A stretch of DNA of 36,546 bases, taken from positions 1-36,546 of the forward strand of contig CAYYGZ010000011.1 in the NCBI GenBank assembly GCA_964471275.1, written 5' to 3'. Shown in pieces: positions 11,304 to 19,030 of the stretch (position 1 is its first letter; every line of letters starts with the position of its first letter). The translations under genes were made by a program, and so were the position numbers. The notes under the pieces were generated by a model that saw nothing but the letters and a program-made list of their open reading frames with translations, searched no databases and had not been told where the DNA came from. The stretch is from an uncultured bacterium. GTDB taxonomy: Bacteria; Latescibacterota; UBA2968.

Positions 11304-12587
11304 ATGGACCACGACACCATCTTCCAAATAGGAACTTCGAATCTGCGATTCGGAACGGGATCGACGCGAGAGGTCGGGATGGACCTCGCTGACCTCGGGA
11401 TGAAGCGCATTATGGTTCTGACCGACAGCAACCTTCGCGAACTCCCACCCGTCCAGAACGCCCTCGAATCCATCGCTGCGGAGGGAATCGAAACGGTTGT
11501 CTACGATGCGGTTCGGGTGGAACCGACCGACATCTCGTTCAGGGAAGCGATTGTTGCCGCGAAAGAGACCCAACCCGATGCCTTCGTCGCCATTGGTGGG
11601 GGCTCGGTTATCGACACTGCAAAGGCGGCCAACCTTTACTACAGCCACCCGGACGACTTCTTCGCCTACATCAACGCACCGATCGGCCAGGGGAAGCCGT
11701 GTCCGGGACCGGTCCAGCCGCTGATCGCCATCCCGACGACCGCGGGCACCGGCAGCGAGACAACGGGTGTCGCGATCTGCGATCTCACCGAGATGCACGC
11801 CAAGACCGGTATCGCGCACCGCAGACTGAAACCGACGCTCGGAATCGTCGATCCCGACAACACCCGCACCATGCCGCCAATCGTAGCCGCAGCAACGGGA
11901 CTGGACGTCCTCTGTCACGCGCTCGAATCCTACACCGCCATTCCTTACGATCAGCGTCCCCGCCCCGACCGACCGGTCATGCGACCGGCCTACCAGGGCA
12001 GCAACCCAGTCAGCGACATTTGGGCCCTCGAAGCGATTCGCCTCGTCTCCTCCTATCTCGTCCGCGCCGTACAGAATACGGACGACGACGAAGCCCGCGG
12101 CAAAATGATGCTCGCCTCCAGCATGGCCGGGATGGGGTTTGGGAGTGCCGGCGTTCATCTGTGTCACGGCATGTCATACCCCGTATCCGGGGCCGTACGT
12201 GACTACATCCCGGAAGGCTTCATCTCAGACCATCCCATCATCCCTCACGGCCTGTCGGTCACCCTCCACGCCCCGGCCGTGTTCGCCTTCACCGCCCCGG
12301 CCAACCCCGAGCGCCACCTGAAGGCCGCTGAACTCATGGGTGCCGATACTTCCGGGATAATCGACCCTGAAACAGAAGCGGGTGCCATCCTCTCCCGGCA
12401 AGTGGTAGGCCTCATGAAGAAGCTGGAAATGCCGAACGGCCTCTCGCCTCTCGGATTCACCGCCGAAGACATCCCCGGACTTGTCGAGGGCACACTACCG
12501 CAGCACCGCGTAACCAAACTCTCACCAACCCCGGCAGAGGCCGAACAGCTAACACGTCTGTTCGAAGATTCCATGTCTCTCTGGTAG
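11304..12587 (+). CDS. Iron-containing alcohol dehydrogenase, hydroxyacid-oxoacid transhydrogenase (ADHFE1/HOT-like)
   Basis: GGGSVIDTAKAANLY, PTTAGTGSETTG, GLDVLCHALESYTA, RPAYQGSNP, GVHLCHGMSYPVSG and IPHGLSV. Confidence 0.88.
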   Translation: MDHDTIFQIGTSNLRFGTGSTREVGMDLADLGMKRIMVLTDSNLRELPPVQNALESIAAEGIETVVYDAVRVEPTDISFREAIVAAKETQPDAFVAIGGGSVIDTAKAANLYYSHPDDFFAYINAPIGQGKPCPGPVQPLIAIPTTAGTGSETTGVAICDLTEMHAKTGIAHRRLKPTLGIVDPDNTRTMPPIVAAATGLDVLCHALESYTAIPYDQRPRPDRPVMRPAYQGSNPVSDIWALEAIRLVSSYLVRAVQNTDDDEARGKMMLASSMAGMGFGSAGVHLCHGMSYPVSGAVRDYIPEGFISDHPIIPHGLSVTLHAPAVFAFTAPANPERHLKAAELMGADTSGIIDPETEAGAILSRQVVGLMKKLEMPNGLSPLGFTAEDIPGLVEGTLPQHRVTKLSPTPAEAEQLTRLFEDSMSLW

Positions 12588-12652
12588 AAGGCAGAGCACC
12601 CCGCGGGTCCTGTGACGAAGAACCTCTCGCCACGTAATAATCCACTATCCCT

Positions 12653-12681
12653 TTGCTATTCCCAATAACTCCGTTTATGAT
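12653..12681 (+). promoter_or_regulatory. Putative sigma70 promoter of the Na+/solute symporter
   Basis: TTGCTA-17 nt-TATGAT, implying a 5' UTR of about 110 nt. Confidence 0.6.
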
Positions 12682-12799
12682 GTGCAGTAGATTGACTGTC
12701 CGAGCATAACAGGACGGGACCAAGCTGGGCCTGACTCGAGAGGACGGGCTCATAGCATCGGTCAGTTACCCACGATTCATCTCACCGGAGGAGTCGATC

Positions 12800-14761
12800 T
12801 TGGACGCAAAGCTCTACTGGTTGTTCGGATTTGTCGGATTGTATTGGGCCTACTGCCTCTTCTGGGGGATAAAAGGCGCCATCCGCTCGAAAACATCCGC
12901 AGACTACTTCGTCGCAGGCCGCAGCATTGGTGTCTGGGTCTTCGTGCTTGCCGCGACAGCCACCAGCTTCAGCGGCTGGACCTTTGTCGGCCATCCGGGT
13001 CTGATCCTTCAGGAGGGTTTGCCCTACGCCTTCGCCTCCTTCTATGCGCTTACCATCCCGTTTACGGGCGTCATGTTCCTTCGCCGCCAGTGGATCCTCG
13101 GCAAAGCCTTCGGTCACATCACGCCCGGTGAGATGTATACCGAGTACTATGGCGGCAACGCGATGCGCCTGCTTACAGTCCTCGTTGCCTTCCTGTTCAG
13201 CGTCCCATACCTGGGTGTCCAGCTTCGTGCCTCTGGCGACCTGTTCCATGTCCTGACCGACGGTCTCGTCGGCATCGAAGTGGGTATGTTCGCTCTCTCC
13301 GCCGTCGTCATGATCTACGTTGCTTCCGGGGGACTTCGTTCTGTTGCCTATGTTGACTGTGCACAGTGTATCCTGCTCGCGGTCGGAATCGTCATTCTTG
13401 GTTTCATCGCGATTTCCTATATCGGTGGTTGGACCGCGTTCACCGACGGCATCGCCACGATGGTTACGCAGAACCTGGCGTCCGGCACCAAAATCACGCC
13501 AGCCGGACACTCCAGTCTCGTCGCACTGCCGGGATCCATCCAGACCGTATCCGCCAACACGGAAACTGTCGGGAGTTCCTGGACCGGCATCATGTGTATG
13601 ACCTACATGTTCGCTCTGATGGGCATCCAATCCTCACCTGCCTTCTCGATGTGGGCATTCGCCAACAAGACATCCGAACCGTTCCGTCTGCAGCAGGTCT
13701 ACGCCTCATCCGTCGTGATCGGCATTGTTCTGTTCACCTTCACGATCGTACAGGGCCTTGGCGGCAACATCCTCGAATCCATGGGAATTCTCCACGAGGT
13801 CACCGACAAGAATCTCGTCCCCCAGCTCATCAACCTGCTCGCCGATTCGACGCCCTGGCTTGTCGGACTCCTCGCCGTCTGCGCCCTCGCCGCCATGCAG
13901 AGCACGGGCGCGGCGTATATGTCGACTTTCAGCGGGATGGTAACTCGCGATATCTACAAGAGCTACATCGACCCGAATGCATCCGATGCCGTCCAGAAAT
14001 TCTGTGGTCGCATCTTCGTCATCGTCGTCGCGCTGGCCGCCCTCTTCGTCGCTGCGCAGTTCACGGGCGCAATAGTTATGCTTGGTGGCCTCGCTGTCGC
14101 TTACGGCTTTCAGATGTGGCCCGCCCTCATGGGCATCTGCTTCTTCCCGCAGTTCACGCGCAAGGGTGTCGTGTGGGGGCTCATCGTCGGTCTCGTCGCC
14201 GTCACGCTGACCGACCGTCCCGTTGGCGTGATACCCGACATCCTGAATGCCCTCATACCGGGATTCCTGAGCATCGAGTTTGGCGCGATGCCGTGGGGGC
14301 GTTATCCGCTGACCATCCACAGTGCTGGCTGGGGCATCCTCTTCAACCTCATCGTCACAATCGCGGTCTCGCTGGGCAGCACGGAGCCATTGGATCAGCG
14401 CGACCGCAGACGCAAGAGCCACGCTTTCCTGCAGGCTGTATCCGGCATCTCACCTGACCGTAAGAAGCACGTTCCCGTTGCCTGGGCCCTGACACTGATC
14501 TGGTTTCTCGTCGGATTCGGCCCCTTCGCCGTCGTGGGCAACACGCTCTTCTCGAACCCGAACATCCCTTCAACCTGGGGTCCCTTCGGCCTCCCCTCTC
14601 TCTGGGTCTGGCAGCTCCTCTTTCTGGCCTTCGGCATCTTTGTCATGTGGTTTCTGGCCATTCACATCGGTCTATCAAAGCCCGTGCCGCCCGAGGAAGT
14701 CGAGCGGCTGCGGGACGAACACTTTGGAGAGAGCGGCTTAGTGTGTACGGATTCAGAATAG
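12800..14761 (+). CDS. Sodium:solute symporter (SSS) family protein
   Basis: DYFVAGRSIG, ATSFSGWTFVGHPG, YVASGGLRSVAYVD and AAMQST; many TM helices; TTG start after GGAGGAG. The last codons and the stop lie inside the MITE-like end. Confidence 0.92.
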   Translation: MDAKLYWLFGFVGLYWAYCLFWGIKGAIRSKTSADYFVAGRSIGVWVFVLAATATSFSGWTFVGHPGLILQEGLPYAFASFYALTIPFTGVMFLRRQWILGKAFGHITPGEMYTEYYGGNAMRLLTVLVAFLFSVPYLGVQLRASGDLFHVLTDGLVGIEVGMFALSAVVMIYVASGGLRSVAYVDCAQCILLAVGIVILGFIAISYIGGWTAFTDGIATMVTQNLASGTKITPAGHSSLVALPGSIQTVSANTETVGSSWTGIMCMTYMFALMGIQSSPAFSMWAFANKTSEPFRLQQVYASSVVIGIVLFTFTIVQGLGGNILESMGILHEVTDKNLVPQLINLLADSTPWLVGLLAVCALAAMQSTGAAYMSTFSGMVTRDIYKSYIDPNASDAVQKFCGRIFVIVVALAALFVAAQFTGAIVMLGGLAVAYGFQMWPALMGICFFPQFTRKGVVWGLIVGLVAVTLTDRPVGVIPDILNALIPGFLSIEFGAMPWGRYPLTIHSAGWGILFNLIVTIAVSLGSTEPLDQRDRRRKSHAFLQAVSGISPDRKKHVPVAWALTLIWFLVGFGPFAVVGNTLFSNPNIPSTWGPFGLPSLWVWQLLFLAFGIFVMWFLAIHIGLSKPVPPEEVERLRDEHFGESGLVCTDSE

Positions 14762-15125
14762 TGTTTACAGTTCAGATTCGTTGAAGTCGGATGTTTCACC
14801 ACATCGGATCAAGGCCGTTACCCGCACGCACGTGATTGTACGATTCGCGCCGGGGCATTCCTTTTCAGGTTCCAACAAGTCATCGCGACGCAGCTTACGA
14901 TTATCCGTCCAGCCCTGGGGCTTGCCCCGCAGTCCGTCTTCGCTACGCTCTCGACGGACAGGCTGCGCGGCCACACCCCAGGCTACCGGCGGACGCCCCG
15001 TTCCGGGGCTGAGCCAGATCCAGCTTCGAAACCGTGTCATCAACAGCGCGTAGAGAAAGCATCGATCCCTAATCAGCCCTACCCACTGGCTCAATGTGTC
15101 AACACCCTTATGACGCTGAACAGCC
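14741..15125. mobile_element. MITE-like non-autonomous element (385 bp) with imperfect ~29-bp terminal inverted repeats, TA-flanked, containing REP-like hairpins
   Basis: Left end GTGTGTACGGATTCAGAATAGTGTTTACA versus reverse complement of the right end GGCTGTTCAGCGTCATAAGGGTGTTGACA (19/29 identical, hand count); TA at 14739-40 and 15126-27; second copy at 18723. Confidence 0.7.
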
Positions 15126-16156
15126 TAGATCAAGTCCTCCGTGTCGAACGACACCCCAAATCCCAGACCCTCCCCTAACCCAATTCTGCCATCCGTGATC
15201 TCCGGCTGATTCCCCACCCAGGTCATCCACGGTCTTCCCGATTCTGCCAGAGGTTCCGGATCGATCGCACAGATCGCGTGAAGCGACCAGATCTCACACC
15301 CGCGATGGGGACAAACCTTGATGCCATACTTCTCCCCCAACTTGTAGATCTTCACAAGCTCCGTCAGCCCCCCGCACCAGTTCACATCGGGTTGCACGAT
15401 CGCGTGGAGCCGATCCCGCATCAGCACCTCGAATGCTCTGGCCGTGTACTCGTGCTCGCCACCCGATATGGGTATGGGACATTCGTCGCGCAGACGAGCA
15501 TACCCTTCAAGGTCATCCGCCGGGAGCGGTTCCTCGATCCACCTGAGATTCACATCCTCTAACTCATCGGCCAGTCGCAGTGTCCTCTCGACATCCAGCT
15601 TCATGAACGCGTCGCCCATCAGCTTCACATCGGGGCCTAGCGCATCCCGCACTTTCCGAATCTGCGACACCACATCGCCGATATCCTTGCCCGGCCGCAC
15701 GCCGACGTGCAGCTTCAGCGCAGCAAACCCTTGCGTACCGTCCGCGATCACTTCCTCCGGCGACCAGCCCGTCTTGTATGTCGGCACCGACGTCTTCACA
15801 TCATCACCGAGTATGTGTGCCAGCGGTTTCCCCGCCCGTTTCGCTCGCAGATCCCACAGTGCCAGGTCGACACCGCTGATCGCCATAATCGCCAGGCCCT
15901 TCTGGCCATACGGCAGGGTCATCGAGTATATCGATTCCCACAGGTCCTCGACGGGTGTGGCATCCTGTCCCACAAGCGCGTGTCGAATGACCGTCTCGAT
16001 CACGTGAATGCCAGCGGCCCCGCCGCCTCCGACGCCGTAGCCCGTTAGCCCATCCTCGGTCTCGATGATGACTAGAATTTGACCCAGCCACGTCCGCCAA
16101 TCCTTCGGCGATGTGTCCGATTCCGGTTGTATGGCACATATGCTCTTGATCGTCAA
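15125..16156 (-). CDS. Mandelate racemase/muconate-lactonizing-enzyme family protein (acid-sugar dehydratase-like)
   Basis: AISGVDLALWDLRAK, KLH, LMGDA, WIEEPL, GGEHEYT, QPDVNWCGGLTE and CPH. Confidence 0.9.
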   Translation of the reverse strand: MTIKSICAIQPESDTSPKDWRTWLGQILVIIETEDGLTGYGVGGGGAAGIHVIETVIRHALVGQDATPVEDLWESIYSMTLPYGQKGLAIMAISGVDLALWDLRAKRAGKPLAHILGDDVKTSVPTYKTGWSPEEVIADGTQGFAALKLHVGVRPGKDIGDVVSQIRKVRDALGPDVKLMGDAFMKLDVERTLRLADELEDVNLRWIEEPLPADDLEGYARLRDECPIPISGGEHEYTARAFEVLMRDRLHAIVQPDVNWCGGLTELVKIYKLGEKYGIKVCPHRGCEIWSLHAICAIDPEPLAESGRPWMTWVGNQPEITDGRIGLGEGLGFGVSFDTEDLI

Positions 16157-16220
16157 AACTGTCTCCTTGTCAGGTCAGGAACTACCAGCGGCAAATATGC
16201 CGGGTCTTGGGCCTCCAGAA

Positions 16221-16259
16221 AAGCAAAAAGCCCGACCTGTCAGGCCGGGCTTTCTGCTT
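16221..16259 (-). terminator. Rho-independent terminator downstream of the TPR pseudogene
   Basis: Minus strand AAAGCCCGGCCT-GAC-AGGTCGGGCTTTTTGCTTTT. Confidence 0.75.
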
Positions 16260-16276
16260 CCACACTACGGTAACTA

Positions 16277-17122
16277 TCACTTCGCGGGTGAGTAATACAT
16301 CAGTGCATCCAAAAAACCTTCAGACATCTCGCTGCCGATCTTCGTGGCACCCTTCGACAGGTAGATCGATCGGGCGTCGATAACCGTGCTGATCTCAACG
16401 CGGAGGGTCTTGTAGCTCTTCTTGATGACATCCCTCTTCTTCTCTTTCCCTTCTGAATCCGTGTAATTCTCCTCTCGTTCGCGAAGCCCACCGTCAGTTC
16501 GCCGACGATCACAACAGGGATCTCTGCGTCCCTGCACGCTTCAACAACCTGATCGGCGTGCGCGAAGTCCGCGTTGACGCCCGTTTCGGTGAGCATGGTT
16601 CGCATATCTACCCGACTGATCATCTTCAAGTATGGCGGGAGATCTTGCTCCAGATCCTGCTGGAGCTATTCGTAGATAAGGTCCCCCTGTATGTTCGCAT
16701 CATCCTCGTTCCGAAGCAGTCGCTGCTTACTTCTCCGCGTTCCCAGTTCGGTGAGGTCCTCGCGGATCTTGGCCGATGAAAGGACGAACAACCTGATACT
16801 GTAGGTTGCATCACCCATAGCCTGCTCTCGGCGTGATGCGGAGTCCTTGAAGCCTGACACCTTCATCAGGGTCTCGTTAAACGCCCAATAAGCTCGGACG
16901 TGATCATCCCACACTCGCCATTCTGTCATAGTCCTCGTAGGCGCGTGTCGCTTCAGCAAGATCCCACTGCTGTTGTGATTCGTCTCTACGCTCAGCGGCG
17001 TCCTTGAAATCACTTACGAGATCCAGAGCTTCCTGATACTTGGTCGTCGCAAGCTCGAATTCGGACAAGGCGAACGCGGCCGCTCCTTCATCATAGACGA
17101 TCTGCGCCGTCTGCTCGAGCTG
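16277..17122 (-). pseudogene. Decayed gene for a TPR-containing protein (at least two frameshifts and one in-frame TAG)
   Basis: Segment 17122-16904 reads QLEQTAQIVYDEGAAAFALSEFELATTKYQEALDLVSDFKDAAERR; a shifted frame continues DDHVRAYWAFNETLMKVSGFKDSASRR...IYE*LQQDLEQDLPPYLKMISR (ORFs 16666-17013 and 16300-16629 share a frame); a third frame ends ...LMYYSPAK* at 16277, followed by a terminator. Confidence 0.65.
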
Positions 17123-17269
17123 TCCCGGAACAAGGAACCTGGAAATCGCCAGGATCGTGGCAACACTCGCGGATCTGACGCTCTGTGCGAGCCTTGTGGT
17201 TTCTCTGGCTCAGCCAGCCAGACCGGTATAGGTTGGAGACCGGTCCTTACCCATTCCCAGGAGGATACC

Positions 17270-18469
17270 TTGCCAGACCCGACACTTATCAGGTCTCGCG
17301 CCGCGTACAATCTGGCATCTCGTGTCCAGATACTCAGTTGCCAGTCCCATCGCCGGTTCGACGTTATGCACGGTTTAGGCTACCCGCTCTATGCCCAGCG
17401 AGGTCAGGGCGCGCACCTCACCGACGTCGACGGAAACGAGTATCTCGACTATCTGATGGGATTCGGGCCGATCGTCCTGGGTCACAACAACCCGGTCGTG
17501 AAGGAAACCGTTCGGGAACAGATGGAAGAGGGCACCGTGTATTCACTGTGCCATCCTCTGGAGATCGAGGTTGCCGAGCTGTTAATCGAAGTGATACCGG
17601 CCGCAGAGATGATCGGCTTCTACCTGGGCGGAAGCTGCGCGACGACGGGAGCAGTGCGAATCGCCCGGGCATACACGAAACGAGATGCGATCATCCGATG
17701 CGGTTACCACGGATGGCATGACTGGACGCGCCCAAACGACCCGGGTGTTCCGGACATCGTGAGTGACCTGACAAGCACCCACGACTACGGAGATCTGAAT
17801 CAGCTGGAGGAACTGTTGAAGAGTCGGGCGGGCGAGGTCGCGTGTGTGGTCGTGGAAACAGTACAGAAGTCAGGACCACCGGAAGGATATCTGGCGGGAT
17901 GTGTCTCGCTAGCACACAAGCACGACGCCTTGTGTGTGTTCGACGAAACGAAGGTCGGGTTTCGGGTGGCACTGGGCGGAGCCGGAGAACACCTCGGGAT
18001 CGATCCTGATATGTCGATCTTCGCGAAAGCAATCAGCAACGGTTACCCGGGAAGCTTTCTTACAGGCAGGAAGGAGATCCTGGGCGCAGAATCGACACGG
18101 TCCTTGTGGATGACCGGAACATTCCAATCGGATCTGCTGACGCTCGCCGCGATCAGGGCAACAGTAGGAGAGCTCCTGAAGCATGACGGAATCTCGCGTC
18201 AATGGAAGCTCGGTGAACGATTGATGGCCGGCGCCAATGCGGCTTTCGAGAAAGCAGCACTCTCCTTCAGGCTGACGGGATACGGCCCCATGCCCACGCC
18301 GACGGTAGACGAGTCGGATCGCGATCGCTGTTTTGGTATCCTGCGGTCGTGTCTCTCGAAGGGTCACTACCTGCACCCGATGCACCCCTGGTATCTCTCG
18401 CTGGCCCACACGGAAGCAGACATCGACAGTACGGTCACTGCTGTAGAAGGCGCGATATCTGAGTCGTGA
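17270..18469 (+). CDS. Class-III PLP aminotransferase (glutamate-1-semialdehyde aminomutase-like)
   Basis: DVDGNEYLDYLMGFGPIVLGH, GYHGWHDW, FDETKVGFR and FAKAISNGYP (PLP lysine); CAGGAGG SD with TTG start. Confidence 0.88.
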   Translation: MPDPTLIRSRAAYNLASRVQILSCQSHRRFDVMHGLGYPLYAQRGQGAHLTDVDGNEYLDYLMGFGPIVLGHNNPVVKETVREQMEEGTVYSLCHPLEIEVAELLIEVIPAAEMIGFYLGGSCATTGAVRIARAYTKRDAIIRCGYHGWHDWTRPNDPGVPDIVSDLTSTHDYGDLNQLEELLKSRAGEVACVVVETVQKSGPPEGYLAGCVSLAHKHDALCVFDETKVGFRVALGGAGEHLGIDPDMSIFAKAISNGYPGSFLTGRKEILGAESTRSLWMTGTFQSDLLTLAAIRATVGELLKHDGISRQWKLGERLMAGANAAFEKAALSFRLTGYGPMPTPTVDESDRDRCFGILRSCLSKGHYLHPMHPWYLSLAHTEADIDSTVTAVEGAISES

Positions 18470-18722
18470 GTGTTGTCGCCAGAGCGACCCGTATGGCCCC
18501 CAATGCCACCACGAGGATCAGCACGGTGAGGAGAGCAAGAACACCGAGTTCAGACTTACCGCGCTGCTGCCTGGCGTCGGAGTCTGCCAGGAGCCCCTCG
18601 GTTGTGCTCAGGTGGACACCTGTCGAGAGAAGTCTGGCTAAGGTTCCTGTGTATCTCTCGGTTGATCATCAGACATAGCACGCCTCCCTTTGCTACGTGA
18701 ACCCCGGCCGTTGACCTGTCTA

Positions 18723-18960
18723 GAGTGTACTGACTCAGAATGGTGTTTACCGTTCAGATTCGTTGGCGTCGAACGCTTCGCCGCATCGGATCGAGGGCGT
18801 TACCCGCACGCACGTGTTTGAACGATTCGCGCCGGGGGCATTCCTTTTCGGGTTCCGAGAAATCATCGCGACGCGCTCACGATTGTCCGTCCAACCCTGG
18901 GGCTTGCCCAGTTCCGGGGCTGATCTCCGAATATCCAGATTCGGAACCGTGTCATCAACC
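18723..18960. repeat. Second, internally deleted and right-truncated copy of the 14741-15125 element
   Basis: Begins CTA|GAGTGTACTGACTCAGAATGGTGTTTAC; 16 mismatches to copy 1 over the first 115 nt (hand count); similarity continues to AACCGTGTCATCAAC. Confidence 0.85.
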
Positions 18961-19030
18961 ACGTGCAGCTTATCCGGACAAACTGAAAAACTGCGTTGCG
19001 CGATCGATGCGCGCATCTCTAATTGTCGCT

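Noticed and set aside
14765..15094. Similar minus-strand ORFs in both repeat copies (…TCVRVTALIRCGE…ESEL and 18747-19016 …TCVRVTPSIRCGE…ESER) as a protein family or transposase
   Set aside because: The similarity follows from the DNA repeat; indels between the copies break the frames and no DDE or HUH motif is present.
16666..16668. In-frame TAG as pyrrolysine or stop-codon readthrough
   Set aside because: The same gene also has frameshifts, and TAG is used as a normal stop by many genes in the window.
17270..18469. Calling the aminotransferase hemL
   Set aside because: It lacks the typical HemL N-terminal PGGVNSPVR and NSGTEA motifs, and there are no heme genes nearby.
14741..18960. Composite transposon formed by the two repeat copies
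   Set aside because: Copy 1 has both ends on its own, copy 2 lacks a right end, the copies are diverged, and there is no transposase or shared flanking duplication beyond TA.
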